Shown piece by piece: positions 39,751-51,134 of a DNA stretch of 64,000 nucleotides. The notes below the pieces were generated by a model. The model ran no database searches and was not told the origin of the DNA. It was given only the letters and a program-made list of their open reading frames with translations. Positions within the stretch are counted from its first letter, which is position 1; every line of letters starts with the position of its first letter. Position numbers and translations under genes: made by a program. Origin of the DNA: Octopus vulgaris. Taxonomy: Eukaryota. The DNA is taken from contig OX597814.1 in the NCBI GenBank assembly GCA_951406725.2, positions 76,136,001-76,200,000 of the forward strand, written 5' to 3'.

Positions 39751-40634
39751 TAGAATCGTGGTACAACAATGCACCAATATTTACTGGAAATAACAATCGA
39801 TAATATACACTGTATATATTAGCAAAGATGTATATGGGCAGTGAACATAAGAAATTTCATCTTACCTGTATGAGGAACATCAGATAAATGTCCAACCCAG
39901 ATGTGGATAATCTAGGACCTAGGTTTCAAACTCTTCAAGATACATTTGTTAATGTAAACTTGATTAGTTCTCTTCAGCTAGATTTACCGGAACAAAATTT
40001 CAGATGTTGCCTCATCAATGCCAGTAAATTCACTTGAACATCTAGTTGCTAACAAAAGCGAGAACAGTGAAAAAGTTTTCAAAGAAAAGATTTTAAATTG
40101 TGCAATACAAGAGTATTGTTTTCCAGTAAAATAAAGCACCATTTGGTTAAAATATAAATATAAATATAGAATGGTTGCACAACAATGCACCAATATTTAC
40201 TGGAAATAGCAGTCAATAATACATGATGCTATAATAAAGCTTAACTGAATATACTGGCAAAGATGTGTGTAGGCAGCGAACATAAGAAATTTCATCTTAA
40301 CTGTATGAAGAACATCAGATAAATGTCCAACCCAAATATGGATAATCTAGGACCTAGGTTTCAAACTCTTCAAGATATGTTTGTTCACGTAAACTTGATT
40401 AGTTCTCTTCAGCTAGATTTACCAGAACAATTTGCCACATCTATACCAGTATACTCACTTGAATGCCTAACTGCTAAAAGAAGCAAGAAAAGTGAAAGTT
40501 TCCAAAGAAAAATTTTAAAAACTGCAATACAGGAGTATTGTTTTCTAGTAAAATAAAGCAGCATATGGTTAAAGTATAAATTTAAATATAGAATGATGGT
40601 ACAACAATGCACCAATATTTACTTGAAATTGCAG

Positions 40635-40635
<1 letters not shown>
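39751..40635. repeat. Tandem ~420-bp duplication (2.1 copies)
   Basis: tagaat..caacaatgcaccaatatttact at 39751, 40167 and 40589. Confidence 0.9.
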
Positions 40636-40727
<92 letters not shown>

Positions 40728-40800
40728 TTATATATATATATATATATAAATATATATATAAATATATATATATATAAAGGTGCATGAGTGGCTGTGTGTA

Positions 40801-41213
40801 GGCGCATGAGTGGCTGTGTGGTAAGTAGCTTGCTAACCAACCACATGGTTGCGGGTTCAGTCCCACTGCGTGGCATCTTGGGCAAGTGTCTTCTGCTATA
40901 GCCCTGGGCCAACCAATGCCTTGTGAGTGGATTTGGTAGACGGAAACTGAAAGAAGCCTGTCGTATATATGTATATATATATGTGTGTGTGTGTGTGTTT
41001 GTGTGTCTGTGTTTGTCCCCCTAGCATTGCTTGACAACCGATGCTGGTGTGTTTACGTCCCCGTTACTTAGTGGTTCGGCAAAAGAGACCGATAGAATAA
41101 GTACTGGGCTTACAAAGAATAAGTCCCGGGGTCGATTTGATCGACTAAAGGTGGTGCTCCAGCATGGCCGCAGTCAAATGACTGAAACAAGTAAAAGAGT
41201 AAAGAGTAAAGAG
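40801..41213 (+). mobile_element. Full-length tRNA-SINE family B (CORE-like) with internal (TA)(TG) tract
   Basis: A box tggctgtgtgg, B box gggttcagtcc, ttgggcaagt core, (AGTAAAG)n tail; 5' 21 nt duplicated at 40779-40800. Confidence 0.9.
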
Positions 41214-41230
41214 TATATATATATGTGTGT

Positions 41231-42522
41231 GTGCTGAAACAACTGCTCAACCACTCAAATATGGAAGTGATATATCTCAACTTTGGAAAGGCCTTTGATA
41301 AAGTCGTTCATGGAATGATATGTCACAAACTGCGTGATCTTGGCATAGTTGGAAAATTGGGAGAATGGCTTCATGACTTTCTGAAGGATAGAAGTCAGGT
41401 GGTAGTAGCCAATAACACGCAAATAGTGAGCGGTGTTCCGCAAGGCACTGTTTTGGAACCACTGCTGTTCATAATGGCCCTCTCAGACATGCCCTCAGCC
41501 ACACAGAGAGCCACAATCACAAGTTATGCAGATAATACAAAAGTTTCACAGGTAATACGGAACCCTGAAGATACTATGCACCTGAAATGTGAGCTGGACA
41601 AAATATACAAGTGGGCTGAAAAGAATAGCATGCAGTTCAATGCTGAAAAGTTTCAAGCTTTATGCTATCAGCATGCAAAACTAAATGCTATACCCAATAA
41701 ATACACTGGACCTGGAGGGATTGCAATCCCAGAGGCACAATCAGTGCGAGACCTAGGTATTTACATGAGTAATGATGCAACCTTTCATGTGCATGTTGCT
41801 AAATTGGCAATGAAATGTAGGCGGCTGACTGGATGGATTCTTAGAGCTTTTAGAACAAGAGACCAGGAAACCATGATGGTCCTCTGGAGGACACTTGTCC
41901 TAAGCCACTTTGACTATTGCTCTCAGCTATGGTCACCAACCAATGTCAAATTAATCTCAGAACTGGAGGCAATCCAACGAAGCTACACAAAGCCTCTGTG
42001 CAGCGCATAAGCTATTGGGAAAGACTCAAGAGATTAAGACTCTATTCCTTAGAGCGTAGACGAGAAAGATATGCCATAATATACATCTGGAAGATCCTGG
42101 AAGGACTTGTCCCAAACTTTGGCATCGAGAGTTACACAAATACTAGAATTGGGCGCCACTGCATAGTGCCAAGGACTCCAAATTTGCCATCAAAATGTTG
42201 GACAAGATACTGTGATAGCCTAGGCTTCAGAGGTCCACAGCTCTTCAATATCCTCCCGAAGGACCTGAAAGACCTGCATGGGGTGGATGCAGATGTCTTT
42301 AAAATAAAGCTTGATCTCTTCCTTTCAAGTGTCCCAGATGAACAGACTTCATGACAGGAGGTGCAGATGAGGGCAGTTGCATCAAACTCTCTCATGCAGC
42401 AAATGTCAATTGCTAAAAAGCAATCGTGAAGTAAAATTATGTAGCAACACCAAATGGTGGTGCCCCAGCATGGCCACAGCTCGTGAGCTGAAACTAGATA
42501 AAATTTAAAAAATAAAATAAAA
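41231..42522 (+). mobile_element. 5'-truncated CR1-group LINE (RT and 3' end)
   Basis: IYLNFGKAFDKV; SGVPQGTVLEPLLF; YADNTK; RDLGI; DYCSQLWSP; YSLERRRER. Confidence 0.92.
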
Positions 42523-42538
42523 TATATGTATATATATG

Positions 42539-42595
<57 letters not shown>

Positions 42596-42637
42596 TTTTC
42601 TCTCCTTTTTTTTTCTCTCCTTGTTTTTTCTGTGTAC

Positions 42638-42674
42638 CTTTCTGTAGAAGAGCGTAGGCTCAAAACATAAAAGA
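42638..42674 (+). ncRNA. Minimal hammerhead-like motif, decayed variant core
   Basis: CTTT/AAAG stem I, CTGTAGAA, GAGC-gtag-GCTC stem II, AAAACATA (from GAAACGTA). Confidence 0.4.
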
Positions 42675-42760
42675 CTTTTTCTATTCCTGAATGTTATACT
42701 AATACATCTGTTTGTTTTGTACACCACCTGTCTTCGTCTTTTGTTTTTTTCGTAAACTTT

Positions 42761-42791
<31 letters not shown>

Positions 42792-42809
42792 GATAGATAG
42801 ATAGATAGA

Positions 42810-42849
<40 letters not shown>

Positions 42850-43054
42850 TATATAGATATAGATATATAGATATATATATATAACAATACTGGGAGGATA
42901 AGAAATGGAACGAAGTGACGAATCGAAACGAACCCGACGCGAAAGCGCTGTCAGACAATAGTGTAATAAATAAAATATATGCATACATACAAACATATAT
43001 GTACGTACCTACATCTACATGTATATATACATGCATATATAAATATATATACGT

Positions 43055-43600
43055 GAGTACAGGACACCACAACTAGATGTAGAACTCAAGGAGAAACGAA
43101 AACGGAAAAGCCATTTTTTTACAACAGAAAAACAGAAACGTGAAACTGGACAAGAAACGAAAACGGGAAAAACATTTTTTTACAACAGAAAAAAAGAGTA
43201 CAGGACATGTTACACAAGGAAAAATCCCCAATCATCAGCTGTTGCTAGTAGACGCAAGCGTGTTTCGAAGGCAAGACAGGACACGACTCGTCAAAACTAG
43301 GCCTTCCTGCGAGAGAATTAAAATAAAATTGCCTCGCAGAGGGGTAAAACAAGCACGAAAAAAAGTAACACAAACAGGACGTAACAATAAAACTGCACAA
43401 TAAAATACATGATAAAAATACATGTACAAGAAAATACAAAACGAGAAATAAAAAATGAGAAATAAAAAGAAAATACAATATGAGAAATCAAAATAAACAA
43501 GAAAACAAACGAGAAAAACAAATGAAAAGGCCTTTTTTCTGGCTTAGACGGAAGATGTTCTAGCAGCGCATGGAAGCATGACTTTACAGTTTGAAAGCAG
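43055..43600 (-). mobile_element. Non-coding PLE-like unit distantly related to the 34545 family
   Basis: Same terminal gtcctgtac and same GAAAC..CAGCTGATGA layout. Confidence 0.55.
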
Positions 43601-44064
43601 CGTGCAAAAGGAAGTGGTTTTGGCTAGCAGTGAGGAGGAGTGAGGTATATATATATATAGATATTCCAACCCATGCTTGCATGGAAAGCTGATGTTAAAT
43701 GATGATGATAATGATGATGATGATGTATGTATATATCTGTATATGTATATCTATACCTATCTATCTATATATATGTATACAATTTTGTATGTAACACAAT
43801 TTTTAATCTTCGGATTTTTAAATATGCTAAGCCACTGGTTTTAATTGATTAACATCAATTTCAACCCTTATTATTTAATTTTATGTATGTATGTATGTAT
43901 GTATGTATGTATTTTTCCTTGGGGCTGGCCATGTTGGAGCAAATATCAGAATTAATCAGCTGAAATTTGCTTTGATGATCCGGTTTCTGACTGAAGATTA
44001 AAGGCTTTGAATGACCTGTCTGTTTTCTGTGTTCGTCTCTTTATATATAAATTTTTATTCCTAA

Positions 44065-44121
<57 letters not shown>

Positions 44122-44123
44122 TA

Positions 44124-44300
44124 TACAGGCTGCAGTGAATATAATGTTGTCTAAATTATACAAAAATGAAAACAACAATAACATCACATTTTAACAGATA
44201 TATATACCAAAATTACATAAAAAATATCTTGAAATATTAGAGAGTAAATACATTCAATAAAATTGCTATTGGTGACTTCAGACGACTTCAGAATCTCCTG
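44124..44300 (-). mobile_element. Tc1/maT 3' end
   Basis: RRF*SRL..FIE-like C terminus and TA-CAGG terminus. Confidence 0.55.
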
Positions 44301-44309
44301 ATGACTTCA

Positions 44310-44940
44310 AATCAACAGATCAAGGTGTTATTGCAGTACTTAAAGTATATCATCTGCAGTGTATATTTGATCATGAATGTTATTCAATAAGGATGCCCAA
44401 CACTAAAACTCTGGAAATTATTCAATGTTTTGCTTGCAGCTAAAATAATAAAAGGAGCTCAGAACAAAGTTACTAAGAATGAAAGGAAAAAACATATGCA
44501 AAAAATCCTTCTGTCGATTTATTGCAGTTTTGACAGGTATAAAGAACCAGAAGAAATTGTTTGAAATGAAACAGAAACAATCACTGATAATGGTTATAAA
44601 TTACACCTTAGTTATTTCTATGAATGACATAAATAATCTTTCAATCAGACAACAATGAACTCACAGCTGAAGATCACATTGAAGTTAAAAAGCATGATCA
44701 AAGGACTGAAGAGACTCTTACAATGGAAACTCCTGTTTATTCTTTCACTCTTAAAGAGCTCGGCTGAATTTTTACACACATTCAAAAACAAACTGAAACA
44801 TTCGAGTTGTAGGATTTAAATTTCAAGAGGAGTAGAAAAATTAATAAAGATCTAAATGTATCTCATGTCTGTTATCATGAAAGTTATATAGAAAAGACCA
44901 TTGCAGATGCAAGCAACTCTTGATACATTTATAAATGCAT
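44310..44940 (+). pseudogene. Tigger/pogo transposase relic
   Basis: DQGVIAVLKVYHL; WKLFNVL; ELTAED; FTLKEL; QATLDTF. Confidence 0.75.
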
Positions 44941-45109
44941 TTTTCTACTTGGTTCAAGTGAGCCAAATATAAGCAGCAAAGTCTCATCCAAAGGGGGATC
45001 CAGAACGAATGGTAAAGAAACATCAAGGGACATATAAAATAAACTAGTGCGATTTCATTGTTTATTTGTTTATTATTTCCAAATGATTTATTTGATATGT
45101 ACAGTCATG

Positions 45110-45459
45110 ACTGGGTGTTTAAGAACTTGCTTCTCTGCCATGTAGTCTTGAGTTCAGTTCCACTGCACAGCACTTTTGGCAAGTCTGATAAAGAGAGACA
45201 ATAGGGTAGCACCATTAGTAGGAGAGGTTGGGAATGTAAAAGGGGAGAGTGAAGTGTAGTGTCACAATAAAACAGGGGACGCTAAGCTAAAAGAAGTTAA
45301 GAGAAATTTGTAAAAGTCAAGTTACTTGTTAAGAGAAGTTCACACCAACACATTGTACTTCAGCAAGTGTGTTCTACTATAATCTCAGGCCAACCATAGC
45401 TCTGAGTGGATTTGATGGACAGAAACTGAAAGCAGCTTGTCATATATATGTTTATTATA

Positions 45460-45534
<75 letters not shown>

Positions 45535-45830
45535 CTATCTATCTATCTATCTATCTATCTACATATATATATATATATATATATTCTTTTTTATCTGAAG
45601 AAATTGACCCTAGGACTTATTCTTTATATATATAAGCCTGATACTTATTCTATTGGCCTTTTTTGCTGAACAGTTATGAGGACATAAACACATTAACATC
45701 AGTTGTCAAGTGATGGTGGGAGGACAAACACTGACACAAATGCACACACACACACATACAACAGGCTTCTTTCAGTTTCTGTTGACCAAACCCACTCATA
45801 AATCTTTGGTTAGTCCAAGGCTAAAGTAGA
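45110..45830. mobile_element. Two oppositely oriented decayed SINE B copies (45110-45440 plus, 45610-45830 minus)
   Basis: Homology to 40801-41213; the first is split by a 177-bp insert. Confidence 0.7.
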
Positions 45831-45832
45831 AG

Positions 45833-46101
45833 TGTTGTAGGGAATTAGGTATAATAGTACACCCCTCCCACGTGATGAGTGGAATGAAACAGCCACTATA
45901 AATAAGGTGATGTCAGCTGGTATCGAAAGAGTACATAGAGTATGTGTAAACTGTGTTGATAGTTATGTCTGTGCTGATATGGTAATTACACTGTAATATT
46001 GAGTGGATGTTATAACGATCCAAACTTTTGAGGATAATAATACTGTACTACTGGGGTGGGGGGCTTATACAGTTCCAGAAAGAAATATTCTATTGACAAC
46101 T
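45833..46101 (+). mobile_element. Possible solo LTR
   Basis: TGTTGT..ACAAC(T) ends, internal TATAAATA. Confidence 0.4.
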
Positions 46102-46104
46102 GTG

Positions 46105-46420
46105 TCACTGTGGCTTTGAACTGGTTGATCACTCTCCTTATTCTCCTGATTTGCCCTCATCTGACTATCGTCTGTTCCCCAGCATAAAACAACACTTGGT
46201 TGGATACCAGTATCACAGTGATGGTGACATCATATCTATTTTCGATGACTGTTTTGACCAACAGGGTGAATGCTACTTCACCAATGGGATTCAAGCACTG
46301 CAACACTGATAGAAGAAGTGTGGGGGTTACAAAAGGGACTATGTTGAGAAAAAAACTCATTTGGTCACATTCCATGAGAGTATCTTAGTCAACCAATGAA
46401 CTTTGCAGCTGACCTTCGTA
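46105..46420 (+). mobile_element. Mariner (DD34D) 3' end
   Basis: GFELVDHSPYSPDLPSSDYRLF..NGIQAL..DYVE followed by a TIR ending cgta. Confidence 0.88.
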
Positions 46421-47203
46421 CTATGATCTTCAGTCAACAGGCTACAAAAAGAATGCTTAATAACTCAAGATGTTTATAGAATATATCTTGTGTATACATG
46501 CACACTCATTATTTTGTATCATAGACATATAAAATGCTCTCACATAAAAGACACTTTTTAACTGTACAATAAAGAAAGAAAGGGAAAGAAAAGTTATACA
46601 CTCATAATATAGACAAATATTTACGTGTTAGTCTATATAAATACTTCCCAAAGAAAACTCTTCAAATTGGAAAATGTATTATAATATCATAGAGTCATTG
46701 GCACAGCAACTCAAGAGATGATAACAACATAGATATAGCTAACAAGAGAGTAATTTAGTGATGAGAAAGTTCTGCAATTAACTGTATTATCTGAAGAATA
46801 GATCAGTAAGCAAAATATAGGAGATAATTTAGTGCCATAATTCGATATTCTCTTATTCAATATCTATTCATTTCTCTTTGAGAAGATATCCGACAGTTAT
46901 TGACTGCCCAAACTCTTGAATCTGTTAATATAAATGTACAAAACCTATGGAGTGTAATTGAGACAGTTTTTCTTGAAATTGCAATCATTCATACCCAGAT
47001 TTGTTTTGATTGAGTAGTTGTGTACAAATGGTACTTTGTGGCTGATTTACAGAAAGCTGGGCTATCTGCTTACTTTCCTATTTTCAAAAGTAAGTAAAAA
47101 TTGATTCTTTGATATTCTACACACACACACACCACACACATAATTGCACATACACACAGATCTGTATACATTTATATATGTTTGTATGATTGTGTATAGA
47201 AGA

Positions 47204-47451
47204 ATATATTAATCAATGAAATTCTAACAGTCTGATTTTCATGTTTTATTATTTACAATTTTTACAATTTTACAATATTATAATAATTGTGGAATATGAC
47301 TGTCGCTACTACTACATAAACCTGATGATTGCATAATGCATGAAAGTACTAGTTTTATCACAATAAATATATAATATTCTATTGTTATAATAATGTAAAA
47401 TTGTAAAAATTTCAAATAATAAAACATGAAAATCAGACTGTGTTTCATTGA

Positions 47452-47460
<9 letters not shown>
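47204..47460 (+). mobile_element. Foldback non-coding unit (~80-bp inverted arms) enclosing a hammerhead motif
   Basis: 47204-47288 inverted at 47381-47460. Confidence 0.8.
47316..47358 (+). ncRNA. Minimal type I hammerhead ribozyme motif with intact CUGAUGA and GAAA
   Basis: AAAC/GTTT stem I, CTGATGA, TGCA-taa-TGCA stem II, GAAA, palindromic AGTACT, CUA site at 47349-47351. Confidence 0.7.
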
Positions 47461-47485
<25 letters not shown>

Positions 47486-47487
<2 letters not shown>

Positions 47488-47845
47488 CGCAGGAGTGGCT
47501 GTGTGGTAAGTAGCTTGCTAACCAACCACATGGTTCCAGGTTCAGTCCCACTGCGTGGCATCTTGGGCAAGTGTCTTCTGCTATAGCCCCAGGCCGACCA
47601 ATGCCTTGTGAGTGGATTTGGTAGACGGAAACTGAAAGAAGCCTGTCGTATATATATATATGTGTGTGTGTGTGTTTGTGTGTCTGTGTTTACGTCCCCG
47701 TCACTTAGCGGTTCGGCAAAAAGAGACCGATAGAATAAGTACTGGGCTTTCAAAAGAATAAGTCCCGGGGTCGAGTTGCTCGACTAAAGGCGGTGCTCCA
47801 GCACGGCCGCAGTCAAATGACTGAAACAAGTAAAAGAGTAAAGAG
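47486..47845 (+). mobile_element. Young SINE B copy with a small internal deletion
   Basis: Near-identical to 40801-41213; deletion between TGTGTTT repeats; inserted in (TA)n. Confidence 0.92.
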
Positions 47846-48184
47846 TATATAAATATATATACACACACACACACACACATTTACATATATTTGGCACGTC
47901 TGTGTGGTCATGAAACTTGCTTCCCAGCCATGTGGTCTCAGAATGAGGCACCTTCTAGTTTGTTGTGTGTGCCTGATGATTGTAAATGAGCATTACTGTC
48001 ATACAAGTGATGTTTGTTTCTATGTCTGGCCATGAGGAAATATTACTTTGCTTGGAAATTGGTGAGGGTTCATGACAGGAAGGGCATTCAGCTGTAAAAA
48101 GAAACTTGCCTCAAAAAACATGGAAAGTGGATATTAAATGATGAATGATAAATGAAGACGACAATGATAATGATGAAGACATAT

Positions 48185-48450
48185 GATGGACTCTCCCATT
48201 GAAGATGTTGTATGAGTGTTCAGTGTTTGCTGAATGTCCTGCACAAATGATTTGTTTGTAGTGATCAAATGTATGTGCTGCACATTAGCGTACTCCTGCT
48301 ATCAATTTGATATTGCCAGTACAGGTTCACAAGTGTGCCACGTGTCAGATGTCAAAATGATCACAAAACATTGTGAATTGAAAGTGCTTTGCTCAAGAAC
48401 ACAATGCATCGCTCATTCCAGGAATCGAACCCATGATCTAGTAAACATGA
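48185..48450 (-). mobile_element. tRNA-SINE family C (second copy 54120-54400)
   Basis: B box ggttcgattcc on the minus strand, ttgctcaagaacac core, shared gtgatcaaatg..cattagc. Confidence 0.65.
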
Positions 48451-49075
48451 GTGCAACATCCAGTACAAATGAAGAACATAGTTGTTTGTATCACTTTTAT
48501 TCCTTGGTTTACAGTTGTTTCAATAATGTATGGCTGACAAATCATGCAAGAGTTATGATACTGTCATATCAATTATGAATGATCCTCAGTCACCTCATAA
48601 CCTTTGAGAAAAAATAAAAATATGATTACAAACTAGATGAATTCACTGTACGTATAGACGAACAGATGGTTTAGTGGAAAATGTTTGAGGAGTAAGCATT
48701 AGAAGTAGAAAAGAAGATGAGGTAAAATGACAGTTTAATTGTATCTCTTTACAAGATCATTTCTTAAGTTAAATTCATTAATCAGTCTGTATATTTAGAT
48801 AGTTGTCTGGTCCAGGTTTGTGTACTGTGGCACAGGCAGAATAATAAATTAGGTGGGAATGCTTGTGTTAAATTGCTTCAAAGAAGATTTTAACTATTTC
48901 AAAGGTAAGAATAAACAACAGAGAGCTATGGGTGTACAAGCTGGAAAGTGTGATAAGAGCTGTAGCAATAATAAAGGCACAACTGGTGTATGTCTACATA
49001 CATGTAAATATGTGTGTGTGTGTGTAAATATATAGTTGGATAGATAGATAGATAGATATAGATATAGATAGATGT

Positions 49076-49238
49076 ATATTTTGTTGTGTCTAGGGAGAGT
49101 CATTAACATACCAGTTCGATTTCCACTCATTTATTTATGTAATAAATGAATAAGTAAATGAGTGGAGATCAAACTAGTGATTGTGTTAATTAATAAGGCA
49201 TTAAAACAGAATGACACTCCCCAGACACAACAAAATAT
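49076..49238. mobile_element. Palindromic MITE
   Basis: TIR atattttgttgtgtctagggagagtcatt / aatgacactccccagacacaacaaaatat plus inner palindrome. Confidence 0.8.
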
Positions 49239-49308
49239 GCCTCAACACACGAATTCCCATAAAGAATCTTGCAAACCAGATACAAAAACGAAGTGTGTGT
49301 GTGTGAAA

Positions 49309-50425
49309 CATCATCATCATCATCGTTTAACGTCTGCTTTCCATGCTAGAATGAGTTGAACGATTTGACTGAGGACTGGCGAACCAAATGGCTGCACCAG
49401 GCTCCAATCTGATCTGGCAGAGTTTCTACAGCTGGATGCCTTTCCTAACGCCAACCACTCCGAGAGTGTAATGGGTGCTTTTACGTGTCACCGGCATGGG
49501 AGCCAGTCACGCGGTACTGGCAACGTCCATGCTCAAATGGTGTTCTTTTACGTGCCACCTGCACAGGAGCCAGTCCAGCAGCACTGGCAACGACCTCACT
49601 CAAATGTTTTTTCACGTGCCAGTAAGGCGATGCTGGTAATGACCATGCTCGAATGGTGCTTTTTACGTGCCACAGGCATGGAAGCCAGTCAGCTGCTCTG
49701 ACAACGATCATGTTCGGATGGTGTTCTTAGTGCTCCACTGGCACGGGTGCCAGTCATCGAATTTGATTTCACTTGCCTCAACAGGTCTTCACAAGCAGAG
49801 TTTAGTGTCTTGCTTCAACAGGTCTTTGCAAGCAGAGTTTAGTGACCAATGAAGGAAAGGTATGCATAAGTGGGCTGGTTACATCCCTGGCATAGGTTAC
49901 AGGTTGTGGTCTCACTTGGCTTGCCTGGTCTTCTCTAGCACTGCATATTTCCAAAGGTTTCGGTCGCTAGTCATTGCCTCGGTGAGGCCTAATGTTCGAA
50001 GGTCGTGCTTCACCACCTCATCCCAGGTCTTCCTGGGTCTACCTCTTCCACAGGTTCCCTCAACCGCTAGGGTGTGGCACTTTTTCAAACAACTATCCTC
50101 ATCCATTCTCGCCACATGACCATACCAGTGCAGTCGTCTCTCTTGCACACCACATCTTCTTAGGTCCAACTTTTCTCTCAAGGTACTTACACTCTGTTGA
50201 GTATGCACACTGACGTTACAATCCATCGGAGCATACTGGCTTCATTCCTTGAGAGCTTACACATCCTCAGCAGTCATGGCCCATGTTTCACTGCCATGTA
50301 GCATGGGTGTTTGTACACATGCATCATACAGTCTACCTTTTACTCTGAGCGAGAGGCCCTTTGTCACCAGCAGAGGTAAGAGCTCTCTGAACTTTGCCCA
50401 GGCTATTATTATTCTAGCAACTACA
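49309..50425 (-). mobile_element. 5'-truncated RTE LINE with complete 3' UTR and (GAT)n tail
   Basis: VQERRLHWYGHVARM..GRGRPRKTWDEVVKHDL. Confidence 0.92.
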
Positions 50426-50429
50426 CTTA

Positions 50430-50942
50430 TCGTTTTGGAAAATTTTTTTCAGAATCATAATCTCCATATTTTTCTGCATATTTTTTTTTAAAAATTGTGA
50501 AAAAAGTTAAAAATGAAGGAAACGGGGAGGTATTTTTAAAATGTTAATTTTTGCAAATTTTTTGCAGATTAGTATTCCCCATAGCCGAAAAGTGGGGTTT
50601 GTGTCAGAAAAAAAGAAAAAATGTTTTAAAAATGGTGGTTTTTGGGTAGAAGTCTTGCCTACTTTTCTACTATAGGCACAATTCCTGAAATTTTTTGGAG
50701 GAGAGGTCCAGTCAATTAGGTTGACCCCAGTACACAACTGGTACTTAATTTATCGGCCCCAAAAGGATGAAAGGCAAAGTCGACCTCAACAGAATTTGAA
50801 CTCAAAACATAAAGACAGATGAAATACTGCTAAGCATTTCGCCCGGAGTGCTAACAATTCTGCCAGCTTGCCGCCTTTAACCGTCACAATATAGAAACAT
50901 TTCTCATGGCACCAGCATGAATTTTTCATGGGTCCAGCCAGT
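50430..50942 (+). mobile_element. Helitron-like 3' region containing a SINE A copy (50660-50877, minus)
   Basis: CATGAA-ttt-TTCATG hairpin then ccag/t end; same SINE flank as at 10072-10109. Confidence 0.55.
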
Positions 50943-51134
50943 GTATATAATTATATTGAGGGAGCTAAGGCAAAAACAACCTGTCTCCAGCATGCTTGAA
51001 GTGCCAATACATATATACATTATTATTAATTTAATGTATTAATTACCTATAAATTTTTATAGCATGCTTGATAAAAATCATTAATGTGATTTTAATCCTT
51101 ATATTCTTATATATATATATATACATGCATACAT

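Noticed and set aside
41225-42354. Active reverse transcriptase gene
   Set aside because: 5'-truncated, YADD changed to YADN, frameshift near 41990
48852-48904. Candidate plus-strand exon with AAG/gtaaga donor
   Set aside because: No polypyrimidine tract at the acceptor and no recognisable peptide
49474-49760. CRISPR-like repeat-spacer appearance
   Set aside because: Units are degenerate along their whole length, lie in a LINE 3' UTR, and there are no cas genes in this eukaryotic context
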